The position numbers were made by a program, and so were the translations under genes. Below the pieces are notes generated by a model. The model worked only from the letters and a program-made list of their open reading frames with translations, had not been told where the DNA came from and did not search any database. Positions 1 through 12,324 of a stretch of 64,000 nucleotides of DNA are shown one piece after another. The DNA lies in assembly GCA_004764695.1 (NCBI GenBank), contig SMSO01000032.1, positions 2,790,001 to 2,854,000 on the forward strand, in the 5' to 3' direction. How positions within the stretch are numbered: the first letter of the stretch is position 1; each line of letters begins with the position of its first letter. The DNA is from Schizochytrium sp. TIO01 (Eukaryota; Protista; Bigyra: Labyrinthulomycetes).

Positions 1-128
1 AAAAACTGAAAACGAAAAGGATCCGTGTTTTTGCATGTATGTATGTTGTATATCTATCTATCTCAAGATAAGAAGAGGAAGAATAAATAATAACTAAGAT
101 TAAAGTTTGGGATGAAATGCCAGGAAAT

Positions 129-161
<33 letters not shown>

Positions 162-199
162 CTCGTGTTTTTGTTGCTGTTGAGCTCTTTCTCTTCCTC

Positions 200-850
200 C
201 GTCTGCCCTGCTACTTCGAAGCCTTTCAAGGCTGACCGATGCTTTGGCGCAGAGAGGATATCGTCAGCGTTAGCACCCGCCTTGTGACCTGTTTCAAGGC
301 ACGCCTCGCATCACAGCCCCCCCCTTGTCTGCTTCAAGCCCTCTTTTATGCTTATTTCCTTTCGTTTTTCCAGTCTTTTTTTTTTTTTTTTTTTTAATCC
401 CTCCTCCCCCCCAAAAAATAAATAAAAAAATATATATAATAAAATAGAAACACTCAAATGATGATTGACTTTGTATCATTACTATGTGCAATAAATTCTT
501 GCGGCGCTGAATGATGGCGCTCCAAGAGGTCGAGGAGTACGCCTGCCTGGGTATTCACGATGCCTCGATGTGCAGATATCCACGGAGAGGTCTCCGCGTC
601 GTTTTAACGAACCGTGGGGCACCTATGCGTACGTGTGAAGGGTAGCTGGTGCTTGCTTTGCTTTGCTTTGCTTGGCTTAGCTTGGCTTGGCTTTGCTTTG
701 CTTTGCATTGCTTTGCTTTGCTTAGCTTAGCTCTGCTTTGTTGCTCTCTTGCCTTGTGAACGGTTAAAAAAACGGATCTCTGCGCAGTTTTGGTGCGAGA
801 GAACGGCTTAGAGAAGAGCGATGCCGAAAGGAAGGGAGGCATGGATGATG
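200..850 (+). pseudogene. Eroded protein kinase relic, subdomains VII-XI
   Basis: RLTD(gc)TTTGGC at 229-248 reads LTD-FG with a 2-nt insertion. The same frame gives QGTPRITAPP at 295-324 (GTPxYxAPE). After an AT-rich insert come EVEEYACLGI (VDxYSLGI) and VVLTNRGAPM, then DLCAVL...KSDAER near 775-830. Confidence 0.6.
651..752. repeat. Pentanucleotide microsatellite (CTTTG/CTTGG/CTTAG)n
   Basis: Tandem 5-mers read directly; the complementary unit (CCAAG)n occurs at 8105-8155. Confidence 0.9.
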
Positions 851-1329
851 AATGAATCAATGAATGAATGAATCAATCCATCAATTAATCGAAATGCATG
901 GGGAAGACGAGAGGACGAGTGGAATATCGGTGTGCCATGCTACGGTATGCTGGAATCTGGCGAGTCCTGTAGCTTTCTTTGCTTTGCGTGGCGCAGAAAT
1001 GAGGAATGTGTGTGTATGTGACTATGGCGGTGCGTATGAGAAATCATTGCGATTTATGAACGGACCGTTCGAAGGTTAACTTGCTTGCTTGCTTACTTGT
1101 AGTTGCTTTTGCTTGAGGTGACGAATCACACGCAAGTTCTGTGCGAAGCGGCTTATGTTGGGATCAAAAAACGGGCATTACTCATGTCACTCATGTCGCT
1201 CATGTCACTCATGTCACTCACATCAAATTGTGACACAACATAATGCAACGCGACGCAGTGAATGAATCCTGTGCAAAGGTCATCACTGGTTTCGCTCAGC
1301 TTTAGAAGACATGGTACCACTGCATTCAA

Positions 1330-2260
1330 TCACATCAAAGCAGCTCCGGATTACATCTCTGCTCAAGTTGGCGCCGATCTAGCTCGAGGTTTCACTTTAC
1401 GTCTCGTGCGGAATCGTTCGTGGTTGCCTCCACGATACTGCGTCAAGAGCAGCTCTGGGCAGGGCCTGGTTGCAAAGAAGACCTACACCAAAAAGCAGCA
1501 GCGGCAGCAGGCAATGACACGATTGCACTCATCAGTGTACCTGGTGCGTGGCTATTAATTAGGCCTGGAAACGACTCTGAAAGGCATTCGAAAGAACGTC
1601 TTTTGGGTCTTCTTCACTTCTTTCTGACCACGCCGTATTTTTGGTTTCCAAGTTTTTTGTAACGTTTAAAATTAGAGTCAAAGTTAGAGTTGAAATTTAT
1701 AAGATTCGCTAGGCACCTAAACACTATTTTAAAGTATTACCTCTTTTTTTTTTTTTTTTTTTTTTTTAATAAATAAAAATGAAGTTATTTTAATCAAAAT
1801 TAATTATTTAAAAAAAAATAGTCTCATGGGTAAATGATCGACTAAAAAATAAAACAGAATGAAATGCAGTTGTACCTGAGTAGCACTGTAGATTGTAAAA
1901 CGTTGAGGTGAAACACGTGCAGCGAGATCTCCATATCGTTAGCGAACGCGACACTTGCGACGAAAAAAGTTCAACAGACAAGTTTCAAGTTGCCGGTGCA
2001 CATGATGTCGGTGCAGGAGCTTGAATTGATCAAAGTGCGCGATGAGCATTTCTCACTTGTAAAGCTCTCAAGCAAGACAGCTAGCGAATAAAAGCGCAAC
2101 AGACAGGCCTCCCCAGAGATGGTTCGCTTTTTCGAAGTGGCCTTTTGTTATTTATCGCTATTCACCTCTCTGGGAACGAGAAAATCCCGTTGAAGTTCTG
2201 ACGGCGATGAGATGATGTTTGGTGATAACTAACACCCGCTCAATCGAAGACCTGCAAATT
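1330..2260 (+). pseudogene. Eroded protein kinase relic, subdomains I-IX
   Basis: In order: DLARGFTLRLV and SGQGLVAKKTY (I-II); QLYLSSTVDC (VIa); KHVQRDLH at 1911-1934 (HRDLK); HDVG at 2001-2012 in the same frame (DFG); ASPEMVR at 2107-2127 (APE); TSLG and EMMFGDN*HPL at about 2165-2243 (IX). Confidence 0.65.
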
Positions 2261-2292
2261 GACGCACGCAAGCTGTGTCGAAGAAGGTTAGC

Positions 2293-2450
2293 TTAGCTTT
2301 TACAAATGCCGGTGGTAAAGAGTTCAGGTGTGCTGGAGTCGAGAATGTCTGCCTCCCTGCCTATGCTTGCAAGCAGAGGACCTCCCTTGGTCCACATGTA
2401 TGTCATGAAACCCTTCCCGACATCGCTTGAGAGGAGAACCCCCAGCGTGC
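2293..2450 (-). pseudogene. Kinase N-lobe relic (I, III-IV)
   Basis: ORF 2293..2490 contains DVGKGFMTYMW (GxGxFxxV-like) and READILDSSTPELFTTGICK (RExxILxxLxHPxIVxxxGIC-like). Confidence 0.55.
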
Positions 2451-2824
2451 TGCCGGCACTCGGTGACCCCATAGGGGAGTGAGGTCGCACTCACTCACTC
2501 ACTCATTCACTCACTCACTCACTCACTCAATCGCTTTCTGCCTCCTTTTGGAATGATTGAAACGTATCCCTGCAGCGAACGTAAAGGGTGGAGCAATTTA
2601 AGGCAAAACTCGGAAAGTGGGGACAGCGCGGCGTACTTGTAAGTTTACTTCATACAAACAGACATAAATACGTGCACACCTATTTACATTCGTACATACA
2701 TACATAGGTACATAGATACATAGCCGTGCCGCTTTCATGGTACGAAGGGCGCGGACTCACTCGATTCTGAAATATACGCACGGATGCCTTCATGAATGCC
2801 GGGGTTTCCATTCTCCTCTGTCTA

Positions 2825-3133
2825 CTACAGGTATGCAGCTGGGTGGTAGGGTAGCTGCAGGAACCCAGGTGTTTTGAAGCATCCAGAGCAGTCGTGACAC
2901 CTGAATTGAAAGATGGAGAATCCTACCTTTACGAAAGGTAGAGGGAAACTCACACACTTCTGCGAGAGACAACTTATTGATTGACTTAATGGCTGCCGTA
3001 GAGTTAGTACTGAGCGAACAAACCTTAGAGGCACTATACCCCCTAGGCATAGACTTGGAGAATCATCTTTTGGTCTTTGGATGCGCGGCGGCTTGCTTCC
3101 AATGAACGAAAAGAAACGAATAGTCCACACCAT
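2825..3133 (-). pseudogene. Kinase relic (V-VIII)
   Basis: LCLGGIVPL (V), RQPLSQSISCLSQKCV (VIa), RCHDCSG (VII-like) and KTPGFLQLP (VIII), in order within one ORF. Confidence 0.45.
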
Positions 3134-3449
3134 TTACGGGCACTTCTAACGAGACGATGCTCCCTCAAAAGCGAGGAAGCTTTGCTACAGATTTGCTCAT
3201 TCCTGAGCGCAAAACATGTTGATTTCGAAGATTCGAGTCGTTAAACCCCGATCCATTCCCACCATCCTTAATTGTGTTCCTAAAAATGAAAGAGACAACC
3301 CTTAACGCAATTTCTCAGCCGCCAACACCACATAGACTTGCTCAAATCCTTCTATGCTAAAGAAACAGTATGCCCTAGTGTGTGGTCCTGATGTGAGAGA
3401 TAATGATGGTACCCCATGAGATCAATGACAAACTTCGGAACTGACATGA

Positions 3450-4640
3450 CCACAGACTGCTTATGATATTCCTATAGATTAGTACAATGCAGAGCTCGCC
3501 AGGAGTTGCAGAAGCCTCAGAATAGGATCTCTTGGAAATGGACAGTCACCCAGTCTGATTTGGTCGTAGTAGAAAGCCCATTAATTGTACAACTCCTTAG
3601 CTGGGCAGTGGGTAAAGCATCCTTGGGCCTCAAGCTTCGTCTAAACTCCAACGACGTTTATTTAACTTAGCAATGATATTGAATAGGGTTGCGAGAAAAC
3701 CTCTAAGATTAACAACTGGAGGTCTGAGCAATTTAAATGGCAATTAGCTTGTCCCCGGAATCCATGGACTGAGCCGAGTTCTCCCAAGTTGAAGAATGGG
3801 AAATGAGCTGTACGACAAAGATTGCAGGCTTCATAATCAAATCGCTCTCAAAAGCACGCTTCGTGATTTTGGCCAGGCAACAACGTCAACATTAAGAAGC
3901 AACATGCGACAGAGCTATGGCTAGACAAAGGTGGCTATAAGAATGTGTTTGATATCAGTCATGCAGCAGCTCTTTGGCAAAAGAGGAATGATATGTTGTA
4001 TTATGAATAAATAAATATGGCAAAGATTAAGTCAAGTTTCCTACTAGATCGTGTATCTATATTCTCTGACCCGGATTGGTGTCATATATTATATTTACTT
4101 GGGTCAGCTGATTTGTTGACTCATTACCAAATGAATGGCCGCAATTGAAAGCTACTGGCCTGGAACCCTAGTCCCAAATGATTGTAAGTAACTTTCATAG
4201 CTAGCACAAAACAGATACATCAAAGGAAGTGGGCATTAGTATGTTGAATATCTATCAGCGTGACACTGATAATTAATGTTTTATAGATGCTGAAGCATCC
4301 AAGGTGTTGTGTACCTACCGGCCTCGTTGCCAACTCAATATCTGACTACTTACTTCTTTTGTCTTTATAAAAGAAGTTGGGGAGATCTCGCCTGCGACGC
4401 AACAAGCTCTGAAACATATTCAGGTATAAGTACGTCTATTTGTGTCAATCTTATCTTGTATAGCTATGTAAAGATGCTCTCTGTGTTTCTTCGTATGTGC
4501 AATTGATGTTCAAGGGTACAAGGAATGGAAGCTAGCTAGCTATAGACCTCAGGATATACTTGGGGGACAAGAAAGATGGAAGTTTCCAAAGCCCACAGCA
4601 TATAGATGATCAATGTCCCCATCGGTACTGTGCAAAAAGG
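3450..4640 (-). pseudogene. Kinase relic (I-X)
   Basis: AVGFGNF near 4580-4600 (I); YIAIQDKID (II); SDLIMKPAIFVV and AQSMDSG at about 3750-3850 (VIb, VII); GFLAT...RWSLD (VIII-IX); YDQIRLGDCPFP at about 3530-3570 (X). Confidence 0.55.
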
Positions 4641-4779
4641 ACATGGGCTGCATGCGTCAAATATTAAAGACGAAAATTATTATTATGTTTCGTACGTTAA
4701 AGTATTTTTTAAAGGTTTGTGAAGTGCCATGCCTTCCCCCGCGGGGACGACGACGACGACGATGACGGTGCTGACAACG

Positions 4780-5290
4780 ATCGTACGATCAGTCAATTGC
4801 TGTTGTTCAAAATTTGTAGACTTTTGGCCATCTGTATATGATTTGCTCGTATAAAGATGCGAAATCATATACTAGATTCGGGGCCAAAAGATATCGAAGA
4901 CAGGTGCACATAGCGTGCTGCGAAGAATGGCCTCGCCCCTTCCACCATTGATTGCACAAATTCTGTAAATTTTCGACATTTTGTGCTTGGATGGAAATAT
5001 CAGGCGCGGTACGAGTGAGCGCGTGCTACAATTATGTAACTAGTGTTGTCGATACGAAGCATTCTGTTGTGTGATTTTGCTATACGGTGGAGATATGGTA
5101 AGAGAGGGGACAGAAAGTTCAAAAGAGAAGAGATAAGTTTTGCACGCGCGCATACATGTTTGTGAAGAAGAATGTCAAAAAGAGGTCCGATATACTGCAA
5201 CAATTCAGGTAAAAGGCTAGAAATTGCGCAAGTCTCATAGCAACGAACTGGAAGGTTTAAAGGGCAAACTATCCACGCCAGTTTCAACAC
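4780..5290 (-). pseudogene. Kinase relic (IV-IX)
   Basis: ORF 5000..5290 has ELLQYIGPLFDILL (V) and LLPYLHRIAKSHNRMLRIDN (YLH...HRDLKxxN). Downstream are RKFTEF (KLTDF), TLCAP/LRYLLAPN (VIII) and KSYTD (start of IX). Confidence 0.7.
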
Positions 5291-5474
5291 AATACCAAAA
5301 GCCTTGCTGCAAGGCTGGTGGTATTTTATTTAGTAAAATTGTGTAGAATGGCATAGAATTTTGACCTGCGAGAGCGACGACGAAATAGGAATGAAAGAAT
5401 GTGTGTGGAGATAACGTCGACGAGAAGCGCAGCTATTTTGCTTGCGAGGTTCAGGATTCGCTAGCGAGCTAGTT

Positions 5475-7013
5475 CTAGCGATGGATAATAATAATGGCAG
5501 CAAAGTTTACGAACAGCCCAATTTTGGCTAATGTCGTAAAGAATGCAACGAAATCATCATGGAAGACGTGCTCCAGCAAAAAACCAGAGAAGAGACCCAC
5601 GACGACCTGTGCAGCCGGCATGGCTGCGATGACCAACGAGATGGTCCATGCATTGTGCTTACCCTCGGCATCTTCATCTTCCTCACTAGAGGCCTCTGAA
5701 AGTGAGTCATCGGTCGGTGCGACGGAACTACCGAGATGTTTTTCTGACATGTTAGTACCGTAGGACAAACTTCTCTCCTCGCGCATTGTGTGCTCGCGGG
5801 CAAGGCGCGTGAGGTTGTGCACGATGAGGAACATGTTGTTTGTATGCACGGCATAGGAAAGTCCGGAAAGGGCAGCAACGAAAATGGTGCCAATGCCATT
5901 TCCAGAAAAGTCGAGAACAAGCAAGGAAAGCATGAGGCCAATCTCACCATAAAAATACATACTACGCGAACCGAAACGGCGGTTCAAGGAACGCAGGTGC
6001 ACAGAAACAGCAAAAGAGCATAATGCGCCGAGACCCAGGCCGATGAAGCTGACCCTCATGACACCAATCTCCGAGTCCTGCAAGAAGGCTGTCCAGTAGA
6101 AATCCTTGGCCATGGTAACGAGCCAGCCATAGAAGTGCACCGTGAGCAGCGTCGCTCGCCTCCATGGCAAGGACTTTTCGGTGACGCGTGGAGTCTTGAG
6201 TCCAAGGAGAGATTGTGCTGTCTCAAACTCACGCGTAGGGAGGCTCTCAAGGTCGTCCTCATCATCGCTATCGATTCCGTGGATGACGGGCTCCATGACG
6301 GCCTCATTCGGCTCCAGGAGCGGGTCGATCTCTGCGAGGTTGTCATCGGGATCTTCTGATGGCGACACCCACAATACAGTGGCGCTTGAGCAAATGAGCA
6401 CAATTGCGGCCAAAAGCACCAGGCCCACGAGGTGGTTTGCAGATGGTGATGTCTCTGGCACCTTGGAGAACCAGCGCACGTCTAGAAGGTAGCCTACGGG
6501 GAAGGCGCCAAGGCCCATGGCCATCAACCTGCCAATCATTTGGAATCTTGAAAATCTGGCGTTCAATTCATTACGCCTTTCAGGGTCGCGCAAGGTGAGA
6601 TCCTCAATCATAGCACGGGCTGGGATCAAAAGTGAGTCATGGCTGACATCACTAATGGCAAATCCTATCATTGCGACGATGGCAACGCTCATCTCCGTGG
6701 ACCCGAGGCGGTATGACAGCATAAGAAGCAGCAGGCCAAAGAGACCAGTGATGGTGAGGCCCAGCAGGAAAGGTTTGCGGCGGCCAAGAGCATCCGAGAG
6801 CCTTCCCACGCTAAGCTGGAGGCCCACGCCGACGATGGGGTTGATGAGGTAGGTGAAGCCTGTAAACCGAAGAGGCACATGCAGCCACAGTAAGTAAGGC
6901 ACAATAGTGGACTCCTGCACAGCCCAGGTGAACTCCACTGCCAGGCCAATAAGACCAGCGTAGCGAGCCACAGGGGACTCGCCCTCTACGCTCACAACGG
7001 AGGCCGCACCCAT
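5475..7013 (-). CDS. MFS sugar transporter, SLC45/plant SUT sucrose:H+ symporter-like
   Basis: 512-aa ORF with about 12 TM segments; N-terminal GLAVEFTWAVQ and VGRLSDALGRRKPF motifs, PARA motif, acidic central loop. Confidence 0.85.
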   Translation of the reverse strand: MGAASVVSVEGESPVARYAGLIGLAVEFTWAVQESTIVPYLLWLHVPLRFTGFTYLINPIVGVGLQLSVGRLSDALGRRKPFLLGLTITGLFGLLLLMLSYRLGSTEMSVAIVAMIGFAISDVSHDSLLIPARAMIEDLTLRDPERRNELNARFSRFQMIGRLMAMGLGAFPVGYLLDVRWFSKVPETSPSANHLVGLVLLAAIVLICSSATVLWVSPSEDPDDNLAEIDPLLEPNEAVMEPVIHGIDSDDEDDLESLPTREFETAQSLLGLKTPRVTEKSLPWRRATLLTVHFYGWLVTMAKDFYWTAFLQDSEIGVMRVSFIGLGLGALCSFAVSVHLRSLNRRFGSRSMYFYGEIGLMLSLLVLDFSGNGIGTIFVAALSGLSYAVHTNNMFLIVHNLTRLAREHTMREERSLSYGTNMSEKHLGSSVAPTDDSLSEASSEEDEDAEGKHNAWTISLVIAAMPAAQVVVGLFSGFLLEHVFHDDFVAFFTTLAKIGLFVNFAAIIIIHR

Positions 7014-7854
7014 CGTCCCAACGATACGAGCCGCCGTTGCGGTCTCCTCGCCAACGAAGATGAATGAACTGTGTATGGATCACCCAAACTACTCAATCAC
7101 CCAATCTATTCATTTCTTTTAATTTATTAAGAAACTAACTAACTAACTAACTAATCAACCAACTAACTAACAAACTTACCTGATCAAGCGACCTAATCAT
7201 TATTAATTAAAAATCGAAATAGATTAACAATATATGTTTTCTTATTTTATTTTATTCTAATTTTAAAATCAATCAACTCATAAATTACCCATATTCGACA
7301 CTTAGAAACCTACCTAAACAAACAAATTTCCAAAACCTCTCGACCCTCGCTATAGATTATCCTCTAGCACGACTCCTAGCATGATCAGATCTATCAGTAG
7401 GATCTGAAGATAAAGCGCCTCTAGCCGCGCATAGGCCACTCCTAAGCCCAGTCAATCAAAGAGACTTGAAAAAGCGTGCTTGAAGTTATAGGTATACATA
7501 CATACATACATACATACATACATACATACCTATGTATAGATACATAGATACCTACGCCCCCATACTTTTCATATTTAAATTAAAGTCAAATTAATATATC
7601 AAATTAATAATGAATAAAAACTTAGTTAGCTTCATTCAAAGTTTCCCGCTCGATCGATCAATCGATCGATACGTTTGACCCTTCGATAGATAGATAGATC
7701 GATCGATCGACCGATCGACCAATCGCCAGGAAGCCAGGCAGATGTCTGCAGAGGCCGCGGGAAGGACCGCCAGAGCCGAGGCGAAGAGCCCGGCAGGGCT
7801 TGCAGGGTACCTGCCAAGTTAGCTGGCGGCTGGCTTTGCTCGCTTTGCTGCTCT

Positions 7855-7898
7855 TCTTTCTTTCTTTCTTTCTTTCTTTCTCTTCTTTTCTGCAGTAT

Positions 7899-7957
<59 letters not shown>

Positions 7958-8222
7958 CTTCTTTTCTGCAGTATTCTTTCTTTCTTTCTTTCTCTCGATC
8001 TGGTCGCTTCTCCGCCCAATTGGAGCGCTCTGCTCGTGCACAGAAGATGCAGCGGCGGTCCCTGTCCCGTAAGCGCCGCAAAGAGCGCGAGAGCGCCTCT
8101 GAGAAGCCAAGCCAAGCCAAGCCAAGCCAAGCCAAGCCAAGCCAAGCCAAGCCAAGGCGAGGAGAAATGAAGAAGCAGACCGAGAAAGAGAGAAAGAATG
8201 GACGTAAGAAAGAAAGAAAGAC

Positions 8223-8268
<46 letters not shown>

Positions 8269-8290
8269 GAAAGAGAAAAGAAAGCAAAAG
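7855..8290. repeat. Compound microsatellite block: (TTTC)n ... (CCAAG)n ... (GAAA)n
   Basis: (TTTC)n at 7855-7992 with an internal duplicated CTCTTCTTTTCTGCAGTATT; (CCAAG)n at 8105-8155; (GAAA)n at 8205-8283. Confidence 0.9.
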
Positions 8291-8499
8291 GAATGAGGCG
8301 GTACACCGGGTCTGGTGCGCACGACCACCCCCGTGTCTCCTCCCTCTAATGCGGATGGATGACTTAAAGAATCTGATGATGAGGAGGAATGAAGAAGAAG
8401 AAGGAAGAGATAGATAGATAGGTAGATAGATAGATAGATGGCCGCTGCTAGAGGGGGGCTAGCGCAAACGGTAGGACCGCCAGTCCCGGCAGTTCGAGT

Positions 8500-9530
8500 G
8501 GAAAGCGATTGATTTTGATTGCCACGGAACTCGAGGGAATCAATGAATGGAATGCTGGCAAAGGAGATGCGCAGACTGCCGCGGAGAAAAGCGAAGGCGC
8601 TGCCAGGGACCGACCGCCAGCGAGATCTGCTGCGCGAAACGGCTAGGCAAAAGGAGGTGCAGGCGAGTCTGGAGTGGACGGACATCTATCTGGCCACCAA
8701 GATGCACACAAGTGGTGCGGAATGAACTAATTGCGAAACTAAGCATTGCATGAAAAGGCAGACGAAAACGGAGCGCCGTGAGCACGTGCACACGTGCCGA
8801 CAGCTGAGATTGTGAAGCAATAACAGCGTAGCTACGCAGCGATGGTGGAAATGGACGCCGTTCGCTTGGTTCCCGGGTTTGAGAAGGGCTGCTAAATTGA
8901 ATGGCGTGCTGGTGCATGCTCAGATTGGCGAAAATGCGACCTTACGCAAGATCGTGCGACGACAGTTGATCGAAAGATTTGCCCTCGGACCGCAATCGGT
9001 CTCTCCGAATGATCAACGACGAAGGGATTTGGGTGGAATTCGCAGCAGAAGAACATGAAAGACAAACGACGCGATGGTGGGTAATGAGACGCTGTGACAG
9101 CGTGGCCAATCTGTGAAGCGACGAATGAACGATGCAACGAATAAATGGGATCCTGCTCCCAGCGAAAATGCTACAAACGACTCAACGCACGAAGGTTTTA
9201 TGAAAGATGGGGTTCGAGCCCCATGCGCTCCCCAGCTCAAACACAAGCCTCCATGACCAAGAACGAGGTCGATTGCTGCACATAGGTAGGTACCAAGGTC
9301 TTTACTTATTCGCCACACGATCAGTCCTCGAGGTGAGGATCGCCAAACCCGAGCTAGAACTTAACTTCCTCGAGACAGACGCCGCTACCCGCTGGACGAA
9401 GCCCGCGCAGTCGAAGGCGTTCGCACGGTACTCCCAACGAATCCATGCAATATCCAGCCAGCCATCAGGGCTGACGACGCAAGGAGGAGACCATTCGAGA
9501 GCGGAAATGGGTTGTTCACGAGAGACAGTG
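8500..9530 (+). pseudogene. Kinase relic, CAMK/CDPK-like (III-XI)
   Basis: DLLRETARQK (III); DIYLATKMHTSGAE (IYLVxExxxGGE); RQL...EAITA*LRSDG (VIa); GVRAPCAP and KNEVDCCT*VG (VIII-IX); VRIAKPELELNF...W...SKAF (X); ADDARRRP (XI). Confidence 0.55.
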
Positions 9531-9600
9531 TATGGCAGTACCCGCATGAGAAAAGTCGCAGTTCTAAGACTAACAAATGCCACATACTTCGTAGTGTCTG

Positions 9601-9676
9601 TATATGTATGTATGTGTACATCTGTATGTATGTATGAATGTATGTATGTATGTATGTATGTATGTATGTATATATA
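9601..9676. repeat. (GTAT)n microsatellite
   Basis: Tandem tetramer read directly. Confidence 0.9.
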
Positions 9677-10605
9677 TAACTGGTTCTGGCGTGAAAGCCG
9701 AACGGCGAACCCTGTGCAGCGAAGCGAGCCCCGGCAGAAAGCGGGCGCAGGGAAAGCCGGAGCTCAGGCCCGCGAGGTGCTCCAAGCTTCGCACGGGAGG
9801 CCGCGAGAGGCCGCTTCGTGGCGCCAACTCAGGTACTGTACTCGCAGAGAGAGAGAGAGAGAGAGAGAGGGAGAAAGAGAGAATGGGTGGAATTCCAAGC
9901 TTTGATCAGACTTCCATTTCTTAACCTCTTTTCATCAATTTGATTCTTATTTATTTTTAATTAGAAAATCAAAAAATAATTAAAAAATTAAAAAATTAAA
10001 AAACTAAAAAACATTGTTCTTACTCTATCCTTACCTTGTTCTCTTCATTTACTTTTCATAGATCTTTCATTGTGTTCAATGATGCATAGGTATAATACGC
10101 AGGTAGCTAGCTAGTAGCTAGCTAGCCAGCCAGCTACTAGCATGATCAAGATATTCGTACTAGGCTTTTCGCCCTCCTGTGTTTTGTTAGCGCATGTTTT
10201 TAAAAAAGAAAAAAGAAAAGAAAGTGTGGCGTAAAAAGCGGACCCGGGGGTGGAGACGTGGTAGTTTCCAACACGCAAAACCCACAGTCCCTCCGGCTGA
10301 AGGCGAGAACGCGCCCTCATATCGCGCAGGGGATCGATGGCAGTTGTCCCCCAGCCATCACTCACCTGCTTCTAATCGATGTATGAGCTCGCTCGTTCTG
10401 CCGTCTGCCGATCTGTTCAAGCGGCGAAGGAAGAGCAGAAAAGAGCGCCAGCACTTGCTTGGCGGCGCCTTCGAAGCGCCGCTCCGCCGTGAGAGAAAAG
10501 CCTCGGGAGGAAGCGAGCTGCGTTAGCTCAGGAGCCAAGGAAGCCCAGGATTCCTCTTTCTGCAGCGTTGGAGCCGGAGGAGCGGAGTTTCCAGGCCAGC
10601 CAGCC

Positions 10606-10748
<143 letters not shown>

Positions 10749-11189
10749 GCTAAGCAGGGAGGGAAAGTGGCTGGTGCTCTGGGTTTGGGCACGAGGGAAG
10801 AAAGACCTTGCGTGACGGCCAGCTGCGGGTGGATAGCTGCGGGGAACTGCGGCGCTGAGGTATGGGCGGGGCCAGGAGTCATCGAGGTGCTGCGGGGGTA
10901 GCGGGAGGGGTTAGTCCGGCGAGGTGAGTGAAAGACACGGAGAGACTACGTCTATTAAATTCGGTTTTGCTTTTTAAAGTTGAGTTTTAAGCATGTTTTA
11001 TTTTAATAAATAAAAACAAATACTGACAATATGGAGCGTATGTATGTATGTATGTTTGTGTATGTGTTATGTATGTTCATGCAATATGTTCATGAAATGG
11101 TGGAGCCGCTGAGTTCTGGGATTGATTGGTCTGCCGCTCTCTAGGGTTCTTGCCTGGAAAGCTGAGTCAAGCTCTGCGAATTGATGGGC

Positions 11190-11670
11190 AATCAATCGCT
11201 CGCTCTCGACGGGGGCTCTCGTGATGTGGATTGGCTGCCACGCCTTGGAATGTGCGAAGTTTTGGCTATGATGCGTTGTGCATTATTATTTATTACGCGC
11301 CCCGGCAGAGGAGACATGCGCGTAACAGCGGTGGGACTGCACTGCTTCAGTTCGCATCGTTGACGAGCAAAGACGATTGCGACTGATTGTCTGTGAATGA
11401 ACAAATGGACAGCTACGTGCTTGGTCCACGAAAGGAATGGGATTCTGCTCATTAAAAAATTGACGAGGTTGGCCTTCACGCAGCATTTCTGTAGTGGATG
11501 CGGACCTTGGGTATGGCATAAACGAAGGACCCAAGCTGTGCAAGCTTGCAAGACGATTATACTCGCACCATAATAACATATGCACGGAGCTATCTGTGCA
11601 GGTATGCGGTGTCGGCGTCTCGAGTGAGCAGCAAAGGATTTCAAGAGATCAAGCTGTACTTCCAAAGGAG
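11190..11670 (-). pseudogene. Kinase relic, TKL-like (III-VII)
   Basis: 157-aa ORF: EVQLDLLKSFAAH (III-IV), CYYGAS, ANLVNFLMSRIPFLSWTKHV (GNLxxFL...LSW), FIHRQ (IHRD), IIAKTSH (AKIxD). Confidence 0.65.
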
Positions 11671-12324
11671 GCCTCGAAAGGTATCCCTTAAGTCCAGCTC
11701 AGCCCTAGATTCCCCTCACCAGCGAAACGCATCTGTATCAAAAGGGATCAACCTTACAGCGATACCAATGGAGGGACCACCTAAAAACGGAACAAAAAAA
11801 GGAACCACGAAAGACAGCAAAGGAGGATGGAGCAGTATCATTGACAGCAGTATCATTGACAAGTGCTAGAGCAGATACAAGTATTGAGAAGCTTCGTTCC
11901 AGCGGTCTATAGCCCTTACCTTATACGCCTGCACTATATTGACATGCAAGAATCTCTTCATAAAAACATCGATGTATACTGGGACAAGTGGTATGCCATG
12001 GATGTAATGATACAAAATCTAAATTCGGTATTGTCAAGGAGGCCATGTTGTACAAAACAAGTGACCCATGGTACTTGCAAGAACTCATCGCGCACATCCA
12101 GGCGGTTGGATCTGAATCGTCATGCTTAGTGACCTGCTCGAGCAAATCGAAAGGTATGAAGAGCGGTAGGCAGAGAGTCTCGATCCTGCTCACGACCTGA
12201 CATGGACCGAGAAAATTGCTAAAGAGCGCGACGAGGTCACAGGATATTGGCTCAGTAGCAATCAATGTCCAGCGTTGTTCAGAAAATTAGAATACCATCC
12301 ACTAAGACCTTATCACTGCGTTAT

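Noticed and set aside
7632-8685. Overlapping 200-290 aa ORFs (FLSF, KERK, LAWLG)
   Set aside because: They are translations of stop-free microsatellites.
10440-10530. Kinase subdomain I-like HLLGGAFEAPLRRERKASG
   Set aside because: Single motif with no downstream subdomains found; too weak to list.
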